Shown here piece by piece: positions 10,554 through 20,682 of a stretch of 64,000 bases of DNA (the stretch's first letter is position 1; each line of letters starts with the position of its first letter). Below the pieces are notes generated by a model. That model saw nothing but the letters and a program-made list of their open reading frames with translations. It was not told the origin of the DNA and searched no databases. A program made the position numbers and the translations under genes. Source of the DNA: an uncultured Leptospirales bacterium (lineage in GTDB: Bacteria > Spirochaetota > UBA4802 > UBA5550); the NCBI GenBank assembly GCA_964392365.1, contig CAYMPH010000010.1, forward strand, positions 2,146-66,145. Direction: 5' to 3'.

Positions 10554-10886
10554 ATGATTAAAGATACAATTACAAAGATCGAGAAAAATATTCAGGATTC
10601 AAAAAGCATTGACGAATCTAAAAAAAGAGAACTGCTTGGGCTAGTAAGCTCACTCAAAAAAGAAGTTTTGAATCTTTCAAATACAAACAAAGAAGATGCC
10701 GAAACAGTTCTCAATTTTACAAAAGCCTCTACTCATGAAGCGATTAAATCTGAAAAAGATAAATTTCTTTTTGAACTGTCTCTGAAAGGTCTTTCGAAAA
10801 GTGTAACAAAATTTGAAATTTCTCATCCTGATCTGGTTTCGGTTGTAAATTCTATTTGTGTATCGTTATCTAACAGCGGGTTTTGA
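10554..10886 (+). CDS. hypothetical protein
   Basis: ORF with an upstream AAGGA RBS. Confidence 0.4.
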   Translation: MIKDTITKIEKNIQDSKSIDESKKRELLGLVSSLKKEVLNLSNTNKEDAETVLNFTKASTHEAIKSEKDKFLFELSLKGLSKSVTKFEISHPDLVSVVNSICVSLSNSGF

Positions 10887-11131
10887 GTTCAATAGGATAT
10901 AATGTTATTTGATGGAGAAATAGGTGTATAATTATTGAGATATGTCAGTATCGATTTCAATGTCTTTTTTCTCTCTGCCATAGGTAAGCTGCAAAATGTT
11001 AAAACCATGTAAAATAATCGAATCTGCTTCTTCCGTTTCAGCTGCAACTAAAAATTTTACTTGATAAATAGATGACACCCGCGCGCAATATCAGACAGCA
11101 TCAGTATAAAATTTTCAGAAAGGAAACGATA

Positions 11132-12832
11132 ATGAGCGGGAACGAAAATATAGGCAGCGAACCATTAAAATCCAACTTTATAAAGGAATTTGTCAGGGAA
11201 TATATACAGAACAATCCCGGCGCACAAATTGCAACACGTTTCCCGCCTGAACCGAACGGTTACCTGCACATCGGACATGCAAAATCGATTTGTCTTAATT
11301 TCGGCATTGCAAAGGAGTTCGGAGGGATATGCAATCTGCGATTCGATGACACCAACCCTTCTAAAGAGGAAACGGAATATGTAGATTCGATTCAGGGTGA
11401 TGTTAAGTGGCTCGGTTTTGACTGGGATAATCTTTTTTATGCATCAGACTACTTTGAGAAACTGTATGAAATAGCAATATTACTGATTAAAAAATGCAAA
11501 GCCTATGTTTGCGACCTTTCCGCTGACGAAATGCGTGAACACAGGGGCACCCTTACGAAACCCGGGACCGAATCGCCATACCGCAACCGCAGTGTTGAAG
11601 AGAATCTTGATCTTTTCACGAGAATGAGAAACGGCGAATTCAAGGAAGGACAACATACACTGCGCGCAAAAGTTGATATGTCTTCTTCTTTTATTATTAT
11701 GCGTGATCCTGTAATGTACCGCGTTCAATTTTCCCATCATCACCGCACCGGAGACAAATGGTGCATCTACCCAATGTATGATTTCGCTCACGGTCTTTCA
11801 GATGCGATTGAAGGGATCACGCATTCAATATGCACACTTGAGTTTGAGAACAACCGCCCGTTATACGACTGGTTTGTAAATGCTGCTGATATGCCGCACA
11901 AGCCTCGCCAGATCGAATTTGCCCGTCTTTCTCTCACCTACACTGTCATGAGCAAACGCAAACTGCTGGAGCTTGTGAACAATAGATACGTTAATGGGTG
12001 GGATGATCCGCGCATGCCTACCATCGCCGGAATACGCCGCAGAGGGTATACTCCTGAATCGATCCGTGATTTCGCTGAACGCATAGGCGTTGCAAAGAGC
12101 GATAACATGGTTGAGATAGCAATGCTTGAGCATTGTCTACGGGAAGATCTCAATAAACGCGCCCAGCGCGTAATGGCTGTGATTGATCCGATAAAAGTAA
12201 TAATTGACAATTACCCTGACGGAAAGAGTGAAATGTGTGAAGCCGTTAATAATCCCGAAGACGAAAGCATGGGCACGCGAATGATGCCGTTTTCGAAAGA
12301 GCTCTGGATTGATAAAAACGATTTTATGGAAACGCCGGTAAAAGGATTTCACCGTCTCTGTCCCGGAATGGAAGTCCGCTTTAAACACGCATATTATATC
12401 ACCTGCTCTTCTATCGATAAAAATCCCAACGGCTCAATCAAGGCTGTACACTGCACGTACGATCCGGCAACTAAAAAAGGCTGGAGTGAAGACGGCCGCA
12501 AAGTGAAAGGAACAATTCACTGGGTGAGCGCCCAGCATTCTGTTGAAGCTGAAGTGCGTTTGTATGATCACCTATTCACTAAGGAAAATCCCGATGATCT
12601 TGCCGAAGGTGATGACTATAAAACAAATCTCAACGGGAAGTCTCTTACAGTTATAGAAAAAGCATTCATTGAGCCGTTCGTAAAAGAGATATCTGTCGGC
12701 GGGAGAGTTCAGTTTGACAGAACAGGATACTTCTGCAAAGATCCTGATTCAACGGAGGAGAAGCCGGTATTCAATAGAACAGTTTCGCTGAAGGATTCAT
12801 GGGGAAAGGCAGCAGCGAAACCGGGAAAATAG
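11132..12832 (+). CDS. glnS: glutamine--tRNA ligase
   Basis: HIGH ([15 protein letters not shown]) and VMSKR motifs. The start is refined to the ATG at 11132, which has an AGGAAA RBS. Confidence 0.9.
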   Translation: MSGNENIGSEPLKSNFIKEFVREYIQNNPGAQIATRFPPEPNGYLHIGHAKSICLNFGIAKEFGGICNLRFDDTNPSKEETEYVDSIQGDVKWLGFDWDNLFYASDYFEKLYEIAILLIKKCKAYVCDLSADEMREHRGTLTKPGTESPYRNRSVEENLDLFTRMRNGEFKEGQHTLRAKVDMSSSFIIMRDPVMYRVQFSHHHRTGDKWCIYPMYDFAHGLSDAIEGITHSICTLEFENNRPLYDWFVNAADMPHKPRQIEFARLSLTYTVMSKRKLLELVNNRYVNGWDDPRMPTIAGIRRRGYTPESIRDFAERIGVAKSDNMVEIAMLEHCLREDLNKRAQRVMAVIDPIKVIIDNYPDGKSEMCEAVNNPEDESMGTRMMPFSKELWIDKNDFMETPVKGFHRLCPGMEVRFKHAYYITCSSIDKNPNGSIKAVHCTYDPATKKGWSEDGRKVKGTIHWVSAQHSVEAEVRLYDHLFTKENPDDLAEGDDYKTNLNGKSLTVIEKAFIEPFVKEISVGGRVQFDRTGYFCKDPDSTEEKPVFNRTVSLKDSWGKAAAKPGK

Positions 12833-12992
12833 TTTTATTGCTCTGAATATTTTAACGATACAATAATACAGACTTACTCTTATGAATATTTCTTATTATA
12901 TAAGGTGCCATTACGTTTTTTAGTATTTCATAAGCGTCATTATTTTTAATGAAAAGTCATATCCAGTGATTATTTTATATAGGAGGAATTTG

Positions 12993-13514
12993 ATGAAAAT
13001 TTATTTATCGTTAATTTTTGCGGTTTTATTTTCTATAACAGGTTGCTCGAATTATCAGATTAAAGAACGTACCAATCCGAATACCGATCTTAACAAATAT
13101 AAAACAATATATGTCGGATGGCTGGATCTTGGTAATGAAAGGTGGGCTTTGTATAATTACGCTACTGAGAAAGAATGGCAGACATTATTAAGTACGGTAA
13201 ATCAATCAGCGGTCCCATCGTATTTTAAAGAAATATTTCAAGACAAGGAAGTAATCATCTCAAAGACACCAGATGATAATCCCCCGCCAGATAGCCTATA
13301 TATCAAGTTCACCAATGCTGCTTTTTTATATAAAGATGATGTTCTTTCGGTTGAAATTCATTGGATAGACGGAAAATCAAAAGAGGAATTATCCGTAATA
13401 AATGTTAGACTTAAAGCAGACAAGGGAATGGGATTTGAAGCGTTTTCTTTTGAGAAACGAGTTATAAACTCGATACGTTTACTCGCTTTATGTATTAAAA
13501 AGCAAATGATGTAG
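12993..13514 (+). CDS. lipoprotein, hypothetical
   Basis: AGGAGG RBS and MKIYLSLIFAVLFSITGCS lipobox. Confidence 0.55.
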   Translation: MKIYLSLIFAVLFSITGCSNYQIKERTNPNTDLNKYKTIYVGWLDLGNERWALYNYATEKEWQTLLSTVNQSAVPSYFKEIFQDKEVIISKTPDDNPPPDSLYIKFTNAAFLYKDDVLSVEIHWIDGKSKEELSVINVRLKADKGMGFEAFSFEKRVINSIRLLALCIKKQMM

Positions 13515-13640
13515 CAAGAAATAATTAACATTGTTCATTAACAAACGTTATTAATAAAATAATAACTTCTTTAATCATTAGAAAATTTCGAGATTGATTC
13601 ACAAATTCAGAATAATAACTAGAGGCAGGTTAATTAATGC

Positions 13641-13713
13641 GCGCCACACAGGACTCGAACCTGTTACCTACGGCTTAGAAGGCCGTTGCTCTATCCAGCT
13701 GAGCTAGTGGCGC
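13641..13713 (-). tRNA. tRNA-Arg (anticodon TCT)
   Basis: The reverse complement folds as a cloverleaf with anticodon loop CTTCTAA. Confidence 0.85.
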
Positions 13714-13719
13714 ATTATT

Positions 13720-13793
13720 TCGGGGTGAGAGGATTTGAACCTCCGACAGCCTGCTCCCAAAGCAGGTGCGCTACCGGGCTGCGCTACACCCCG
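13720..13793 (-). tRNA. tRNA-Pro (anticodon TGG)
   Basis: The reverse complement has acceptor CGGGGTG/CACCCCG and anticodon loop TTTGGGA. Confidence 0.85.
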
Positions 13794-13959
13794 TGAAATA
13801 TAAAACCAGAATATTTTTGATATATCGAAGTGTCAATATTTTTTCTATAATATATAAAGTTATAGTTGAAAAGATATGCTTTCCTGATATAAATGTCATT
13901 TTAAAAATCAAATCAGTTAATATTGAAAATATATGATATTTACAGATAAGGAGCCGCAA

Positions 13960-15399
13960 ATGAGAGTCAGATTCGCACCGAGTCCAACAGGTTTTCTTCA
14001 TATCGGAAATGCAAGAACTGCTGTTGCAAATTATATAATAGCTACCAGGGAAAAAGCTGAATATATCCTCAGAATTGAAGATACAGATATTGAAAGAAGT
14101 TCAAAAGAATCCGAGGATTCAATTCTTGCTGATCTGAAGTGGCTTGGTATAAAATGGACTGAGGGACCGGATTGCGGCGGAAATTACGGCCCTTACAGAC
14201 AATCAGAGAGATATGATATTTACCAGGAGTATACAAACAAACTCATTTCCATGGGTTCAGCATATCACTGTTACTGTTCAAAAGAAGAACTCGATGAAAT
14301 GAGAAAGGAAGCTGAAGCCCAGAAAAAAGACCTGGTTTATCCGGGCAAATGCAGAAATCTTTCTGCTGATGATAAAAAAAAATTTGAATCTGAAGGAAGA
14401 AAACCCACTGTCAGATTCCGTGTCCCGGATAATGAGTCTATTAAAGTAAACGATCTAATCAAGGGTGAAATTGTCTTCAACAGTGAAAATATCGGCGGAG
14501 ATTTTATAATTGTCCGATCCGACGGCCATCCGATTTACAATTATATTGTTATTATTGATGATATGATGATGAACATTACGCATGTTATCCGCGGCGAAGA
14601 TCATCTTTCGAATACTCCTAAGCAGATATGCATTGCCAAAGCGCTGAATCTTCCATCGCCTCAGTATGCTCACCTGCCCCTTATTCTCGGTCCTGACAGG
14701 TCAAAACTCAGCAAAAGGCACGGAATAACATCAGTTGAACTTTACAGGAAGGAAGGATATCTTCCTGAAGCATTAATGAATTATCTGTCAACTCTCGGAT
14801 GGGCTTCAGATACAGGCGAAGAAATATTATCGGTTGAACAGATTGCGTCCCAGTTTGACCTTACAAGCCTTGGTAAAAGTGCAGCTGTATTCGATTTTCA
14901 GAAACTGAAATGGATGAATGGAATTTATATCAGAAGTTATCCTCTTGATAAATTAACAGATCTGATGATTCCGTATATCAAAGAAACAGGCATTGACACA
15001 GAACAAATTGACAGAAAAATTCTGGAAACAGCAGTAAATATACTGAAAGGGAATTGCGAGATTCTGTCTGATATTAAAAAGATAATCGGAATGCTTCTTC
15101 TCGACGTTAACGAACAGGATGAAGATTGCGACAAGCTGTTACGGGAAGAAGATTCTGTTAAGCTTATAAAGGCAGCATCTGAAATATTTGATACTGTTCC
15201 GGACGAAAATTTTACTGCAGGTCTGCTGAATGCTATTAAAGAAAAATCAGGTTTTAAAGGCAAAAAACTTTTCCATCCTGTGCGTGCGATGCTCACAGGC
15301 AGACTTAACGGTCCTGAACTCGACATTGCTATACCTGTAATCGGCCGTGAGAAATGCAGGAAGAGAATTGATTTCTGTCTGAAGAAATATGCAGGATAA
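13960..15399 (+). CDS. gltX: glutamate--tRNA ligase
   Basis: PSPTGFLHIGNARTA (HIGH) and KLSKR motifs. The start is refined to 13960, which has an AAGGAG RBS. Confidence 0.9.
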   Translation: MRVRFAPSPTGFLHIGNARTAVANYIIATREKAEYILRIEDTDIERSSKESEDSILADLKWLGIKWTEGPDCGGNYGPYRQSERYDIYQEYTNKLISMGSAYHCYCSKEELDEMRKEAEAQKKDLVYPGKCRNLSADDKKKFESEGRKPTVRFRVPDNESIKVNDLIKGEIVFNSENIGGDFIIVRSDGHPIYNYIVIIDDMMMNITHVIRGEDHLSNTPKQICIAKALNLPSPQYAHLPLILGPDRSKLSKRHGITSVELYRKEGYLPEALMNYLSTLGWASDTGEEILSVEQIASQFDLTSLGKSAAVFDFQKLKWMNGIYIRSYPLDKLTDLMIPYIKETGIDTEQIDRKILETAVNILKGNCEILSDIKKIIGMLLLDVNEQDEDCDKLLREEDSVKLIKAASEIFDTVPDENFTAGLLNAIKEKSGFKGKKLFHPVRAMLTGRLNGPELDIAIPVIGREKCRKRIDFCLKKYAG

Positions 15400-15408
15400 T
15401 TGTATCTT

Positions 15409-16389
15409 ATGAAAATAAAATCAGAATGGGATTTGATCAAACAGATTTCTGCAAAAATCAAATTGAAGGGGCTTCCCCGGACTTCTGATGAGGTTATTTC
15501 CATCGGCGATGACTGCTTCGCATATAAAATATCCGACAACAGGTACGGTCTTATCAGCACTGATATGAGCGTTGAGGATGTGCATTTTACTAAAATCTGG
15601 TCTACTCCTGAACAGATAGGATTTAAAGCAATGGCGGGAAATATTTCCGATATATCTGCAATGGGAGGGAATCCCAGATTTGCATTTATATCTATAGGAA
15701 TTCCTGCTGCAATTTCAGAAGAATATGTCCTTTCTATCTATGACGGAATTATTGAAGCTGCAAATTCAGCAGGAGCAGTTTTATCCGGCGGGGACACTGT
15801 TTTATCAGAAAAAATAATTATTTCAATTTCAATTTACGGTGAATCTGTTAAATCACCTGTAGGAAGATACGGTGCATCAGCCGGTGAATTTATTTATGTT
15901 ACAGGAAATATAGGCGCTTCAAACGCCGGACTTTCTATACTTAAAACCTGCAATAAACAATTGAGCGAAAAGTATTCAAATCTCATTCAAAGACACCTGA
16001 AGCCTGATATAAGAAGTTCTATTATAGAAAAAATTCTAAATCAATTTTATCCAACTGCTATGATCGATATTTCAGATGGACTTCTTTCAGATTTAAATCA
16101 TATCTGCGTTTTAAGCGGAACCGGTTTTGAACTGAACATTGATCGTCTTCCAGTAACAGATGAATTAAAATCATATTATCTTGAATCAGGAGTAAATTCT
16201 GCTAAATCAGCACTTGAAAGCGGTGAAGAATATGAACTGCTTTTTACTTCAAAAATAGATTTACCTGATTCTTATATAAACAATATACAAATTACAAAAA
16301 TCGGTAAAATCATTGATGAAAACTGCTATGCAATTATTAATGGCAAAAAAGAAACTATTGATATCACTGGATACGATCATTTTAAATAA
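15409..16389 (+). CDS. thiL: thiamine-monophosphate kinase (AIR synthase-related fold)
   Basis: GDDCFAY...GGD...DISDG motifs. The ATG at 15409 is preferred over the upstream TTG. Confidence 0.7.
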   Translation: MKIKSEWDLIKQISAKIKLKGLPRTSDEVISIGDDCFAYKISDNRYGLISTDMSVEDVHFTKIWSTPEQIGFKAMAGNISDISAMGGNPRFAFISIGIPAAISEEYVLSIYDGIIEAANSAGAVLSGGDTVLSEKIIISISIYGESVKSPVGRYGASAGEFIYVTGNIGASNAGLSILKTCNKQLSEKYSNLIQRHLKPDIRSSIIEKILNQFYPTAMIDISDGLLSDLNHICVLSGTGFELNIDRLPVTDELKSYYLESGVNSAKSALESGEEYELLFTSKIDLPDSYINNIQITKIGKIIDENCYAIINGKKETIDITGYDHFK

Positions 16390-16493
16390 GAAATTTACTA
16401 AAGCATAATGTAATTTCCGCCTTTGCTGAAATACATAAGCTGTTCAGACTCAATAAGTATTAGTTGTAATGTTTAAAAATTCATGGAGGATTT

Positions 16494-17438
16494 ATGTTCG
16501 CAGGAATTGATATTGGCGGTACAAGTATTAAGGGAATTTTAACTGATAAATCCGGCAAAGAATACAGCTTTAGGGAAACACCAACTCCGAAAACAGCAGA
16601 TGAAATAGATGATGCGATTTGCTCATTGATTGAAAATCTAGCAACATCTGCGTCTGTTTCAAAAATAGATATTCTCGGAATAGGACTTGGCTCGCCTGGA
16701 ACTATAGATAAATCTAAAGGTGAAATTATAATAAGCCCGAACATCCCATCCTGGAAAAATCATCCATTAATAAAAAATATTCAGAAAAAAACCGGAATAC
16801 AATGCGTTCTTGAAAACGATGCAACATCAGCGCTTGTGGGCGGTTGGTGGAAAGGAAATGGTTCTAAATTCAAACATTGGATTATGATAACACTTGGCAC
16901 CGGAATCGGCGGCGGGGCGATTTTAGACAATAAAATTTATTCAGGCAGAAACGGAAGCTCACTTGAAATCGGTCACACAACAATTGATTTAAACGGCATT
17001 GAATGCGCCTGCGGAAACAGAGGATGTCTTGAAAAATATGCATCTGCAACAGCTCTCATTGATTTGACAGAAAAATATCTTAAAAAATTTAAAAATTCTT
17101 CAATCAATGAAAGACTTAAAAATGAAAAATTAACATCCCTTCTTGTTTACGAGGAAGCTTTAAAAAAGGATGAACTTGCAAAAAAAGTTTTTGATGAAGT
17201 ATCATTTTATCTTGGAATTGGTATGGTTAACATAATAAATATTTTCAATCCTGAGGCAATTATTCTTGGAGGCGGTTTATCACAGGCTTTTAATATAATG
17301 CTTCCTGTAATTCAGAAAACGATTAATGAAAGAGCTCTGGCTGGATTAAAAGAAAATGTAAAAATTCTTCAGTCAAAAGATTATATGAAGATGCCCAGCC
17401 TTGGAGCTGCTAAAATTGCAATGGAATCACTTAAATAG
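16494..17438 (+). CDS. ROK family glucokinase
   Basis: MFAGIDIGGTSIKG...CACGNRGCLE zinc motif. Confidence 0.8.
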   Translation: MFAGIDIGGTSIKGILTDKSGKEYSFRETPTPKTADEIDDAICSLIENLATSASVSKIDILGIGLGSPGTIDKSKGEIIISPNIPSWKNHPLIKNIQKKTGIQCVLENDATSALVGGWWKGNGSKFKHWIMITLGTGIGGGAILDNKIYSGRNGSSLEIGHTTIDLNGIECACGNRGCLEKYASATALIDLTEKYLKKFKNSSINERLKNEKLTSLLVYEEALKKDELAKKVFDEVSFYLGIGMVNIINIFNPEAIILGGGLSQAFNIMLPVIQKTINERALAGLKENVKILQSKDYMKMPSLGAAKIAMESLK

Positions 17439-17442
17439 AATA

Positions 17443-17859
17443 ATGAAAGAAAAAAAAACTTACGATAGAAAGTTTTTTTTAAAAATTGCATCATTTTCCA
17501 TGACATTGTTTTCTATAGGATTTATTTTTCCTCTGATCGATAAATTCAGAACTTTTTCCATAAGCAGAAAAAATATTGAGCTGTCTGATGTTATTTCTGA
17601 TGGTATAAATTTTTTTAGTAATTTTATTATAATAAAAAATTCAGAAAATATAAAAATTTTATCTTCTAAATGTACGCATTTAGGATGCATTATAAAAAAC
17701 AGAGATTCCAATGGAAATCTGGTCTGCTCATGTCACGGATCAGTTTTTTCACCAGATGGCAGGGTTCTTGCAGGACCTGCCTCTTCAGATTTAAATGAAT
17801 TAAAATGGCATAAAAATTCCAAGACAGGGAAAATAATTATTGAAGATGTTTCTGTTTAA
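17443..17859 (+). CDS. Rieske [2Fe-2S] protein (cytochrome bc/b6f-type iron-sulfur subunit)
   Basis: CTHLGC ... CSCHGS boxes and an N-terminal TM/TAT-like DRKFFLK segment. Confidence 0.75.
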   Translation: MKEKKTYDRKFFLKIASFSMTLFSIGFIFPLIDKFRTFSISRKNIELSDVISDGINFFSNFIIIKNSENIKILSSKCTHLGCIIKNRDSNGNLVCSCHGSVFSPDGRVLAGPASSDLNELKWHKNSKTGKIIIEDVSV

Positions 17860-18739
17860 AAAAGGTTTTTTTTATACATGGAACAGATTTTTTCCATCAA
17901 ATGGAATGCTGTCCGCTGCAGCATTTATTATTGCCGTTGTAACTGGATTTATCCTCGCTGTTCCATACGACCCGTATAAAGCAAAAGAATCAATCCAGAT
18001 TATTATGATTACCAATCCTTCAGCTTCATTTATCAGATCTGCACATTACTGGAGCTCGCAGTTTTTTTTAATTTTCACAATAATCCATTTTTTTGAATAT
18101 TTTTTAAATGCCGGTGAAAAAAATATTCAGAAAGGAGTCTGGTTCAGGCTTGTTACTGCAATTCCTGTGACACTTTTTGTTATGCTCTCAGGATTTATTT
18201 TAAAGGGCGATAATGAAGGAATTATGGCAAATGAGATTCTCAGAGGAATTATTTCACTTGTTCCTTTTATTGGAAGTTATCTTGAAAGTTTTCTTCTCGG
18301 AATGAAAAACAGCCTCCAGGTTGTATATATTCATCATGCTGCCACTGCAACAATCTATTTATTGATTATAATAATTGAGCATACAAAAAGAATCTGGCCG
18401 TCAGTTTATTCTTATTTATATATATTATCAGCAACAATAATTATATCATTTGCAATCCCGGCTGGACTTCATTCGGATTCTGATCCGGTTCTTAAAGGTC
18501 CCTGGTATTTTGTTGGTTTGCAGGAAATTCTTCACTGGATGACCAATCCGGGTTTAGTCATATATGTAATGCTGTTTATAATTTTATTGCTGTTTCTTTT
18601 GAGATTTGCTGAAAATAAAATTTATGCTATTATCCGGTATTTTATAATAATAAATTTCTTTATTTATTTCATTTCATTTATTATTGGATGGTTTTTTCGC
18701 GGAGAAAACTGGAAGCTGATTTTCCCGGGTATTAATTAA
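17846..18739 (+). CDS. cytochrome b-like membrane subunit
   Basis: Polytopic protein with conserved His in TM helices (HYWSSQFF..IHFFEYF). It overlaps the Rieske gene end, indicating an operon. Confidence 0.55.
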   Translation: MFLFKKGFFYTWNRFFPSNGMLSAAAFIIAVVTGFILAVPYDPYKAKESIQIIMITNPSASFIRSAHYWSSQFFLIFTIIHFFEYFLNAGEKNIQKGVWFRLVTAIPVTLFVMLSGFILKGDNEGIMANEILRGIISLVPFIGSYLESFLLGMKNSLQVVYIHHAATATIYLLIIIIEHTKRIWPSVYSYLYILSATIIISFAIPAGLHSDSDPVLKGPWYFVGLQEILHWMTNPGLVIYVMLFIILLLFLLRFAENKIYAIIRYFIIINFFIYFISFIIGWFFRGENWKLIFPGIN

Positions 18740-18740
18740 A

Positions 18741-20678
18741 ATGAAAAAATCAGCACGGGAAATAATAACAATCATTCTCATATCTTTATTATGCTTTTTT
18801 TCTTTTTCAATTATTATTTATTATTCCATTTATGAAAAAAATATTTTTAATGAATCTATAAAGCTTTCCGGCGGAAAAGGAATTACTTCAGTTCCTATTA
18901 TTAATGGAAATAAAGAAGGATGCCCGGTCTGCCATTCCGGGATGAAAGGTTTTTCCAGTTCACATGACCCGGAAGCAATAGGATGTTATTCATGCCATAA
19001 TGGCAATCCCCTTTCTATAGATAAAAAAACTGCTCATGAAAATCTGATTAAAATTCCAGGAAATCTTTTAACAGCTGAAAAATCCTGCGGCAGATCAGGA
19101 TGTCATGATGATATAGTTAAGAGAGTGAATAATTCTCTAATGGGAACAGGCAGGGGAATGGTTTCGGTAAACAGATATGTATTCGGTGAAAGTTCAAGTC
19201 CTGACGGAACCGGTCATCTGTCAAAATTATCAAAATCGCCTGCAGATACTCATTTGAAACAGCTTTGCTCTCCCTGCCACCTTGGAAACAGTAAAAATTT
19301 TGCAGGTCCTGTTGTTGATGATTTTACTGGCGGAGGATGTCTTGCCTGTCATCTGGAATATTCCAAAGATGCTGCAGGTGATTTAAAAAATTATCTCAAA
19401 AATAATATACTGATAACTTCTCATCCTAAACTAACGGTTAATGCGGATAACAGCAAATGTTTTGAATGCCATAACAGATCAGCGAGGATTTCAACTAATT
19501 ACGAAGGATGGCACGAAACTCTCATTTCAAAAAATAATATTCCCCAAAAAGGGAAATACAGAGTTCTTGCAGACGGGCGGGTTTTTGAGAAAAAACCTCA
19601 CGATATACATTATGAAAAAGGTTTACAATGCATTGACTGCCATACTTCAAGAGAAACAATGGGAGACGGCAAATCCTGCAATCATCAGGAGGAGCAGATA
19701 GAAATATCGTGCGAAGACTGCCATAGAACTTCCAAACCGAAAACTGTTCCATATAATCAGCTTGATGATGAATCCAAAAAAATACTGAAACTAAGAAAAG
19801 AAAACACTGATAAAAAATATCTTCTTCTGGAAAAAAACGGACGCCCGATGATAAATGTATATCAGGATGCTTCCGGCAGGCTTCTATTAAAATCTAAACT
19901 GAATTTATCATCAGGCAAACAGAATGTTTACAATTTAAAAGCTCCGTCCGGTATCTGCAGCAAGGCTGTTTCAGGTCATGACCGTATTTCCTGCCAGAGC
20001 TGTCATACATCATGGTCACCCACCTGTGTTTCATGTCATACTAAATTCAACCCTGAATCCGGATTATTTAAAAAAGCCGAAAGACATTTGTTTAATAAAA
20101 CATCAGGTGTATGGGAGGAATATATTGATCATTTTTACGCGCTGCCCCCATCTCTCGGTATCAGACTTAAAAACGGGGTAGAAAGAATTGACACTTTTAT
20201 TCCTGGAATGGTTTTAACAATAGACGGAATTAATAACGGGTTAAATAAACTAAAAAATGGTGAAAAAAACTATCAGATTTTTAAAAGGCTGTATGCCCCT
20301 ACTTCATCTCATACGACAGTTAAAAACGCAAGATCCTGCGAATCCTGCCATACTGATTCAAGAACACTTGGTTTCGGATCAGGAAAATTTAATATAGAAA
20401 AAATTAAAAATGAAATGGTGAAAATATTTTTTGAGAGCGATTATGTAAATCATCAGGCTGATAATTTACCTCTTGATTCGTGGATAAAACCATTTGAAGA
20501 TATTGAAAAGCCTGCCTCAACGAGAATAGGAGCAAGGCCATTTAATACAAAAGAACAGAAAAAAATTTTAGTTGTAGGCAGATGCCTCTCCTGTCATAAG
20601 GGCACGAATGAAAATATTAAAACGATTTATTCAGATTTTAATAAAGCTTTAAAAATAAGGAAAAGTTTCTGCAATTGA
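18741..20678 (+). CDS. multiheme c-type cytochrome (about 12 haem-binding motifs)
   Basis: Eleven CxxCH motifs plus one CxxxCH, and an N-terminal TM anchor. Confidence 0.85.
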   Translation: MKKSAREIITIILISLLCFFSFSIIIYYSIYEKNIFNESIKLSGGKGITSVPIINGNKEGCPVCHSGMKGFSSSHDPEAIGCYSCHNGNPLSIDKKTAHENLIKIPGNLLTAEKSCGRSGCHDDIVKRVNNSLMGTGRGMVSVNRYVFGESSSPDGTGHLSKLSKSPADTHLKQLCSPCHLGNSKNFAGPVVDDFTGGGCLACHLEYSKDAAGDLKNYLKNNILITSHPKLTVNADNSKCFECHNRSARISTNYEGWHETLISKNNIPQKGKYRVLADGRVFEKKPHDIHYEKGLQCIDCHTSRETMGDGKSCNHQEEQIEISCEDCHRTSKPKTVPYNQLDDESKKILKLRKENTDKKYLLLEKNGRPMINVYQDASGRLLLKSKLNLSSGKQNVYNLKAPSGICSKAVSGHDRISCQSCHTSWSPTCVSCHTKFNPESGLFKKAERHLFNKTSGVWEEYIDHFYALPPSLGIRLKNGVERIDTFIPGMVLTIDGINNGLNKLKNGEKNYQIFKRLYAPTSSHTTVKNARSCESCHTDSRTLGFGSGKFNIEKIKNEMVKIFFESDYVNHQADNLPLDSWIKPFEDIEKPASTRIGARPFNTKEQKKILVVGRCLSCHKGTNENIKTIYSDFNKALKIRKSFCN

Positions 20679-20682
20679 ATTT

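Noticed and set aside
11480-12388. four minus-strand ORFs inside glnS
   Set aside because: They are antisense to a strongly supported aminoacyl-tRNA synthetase gene, and the frames stay open only because of the local GC-rich codon usage.
13771-14001. 76-aa minus ORF
   Set aside because: It overlaps tRNA-Pro(TGG) and the gltX start.
14937-15560. 207-aa minus ORF
   Set aside because: It is antisense to the gltX/thiL junction, Ser-rich and low-complexity.
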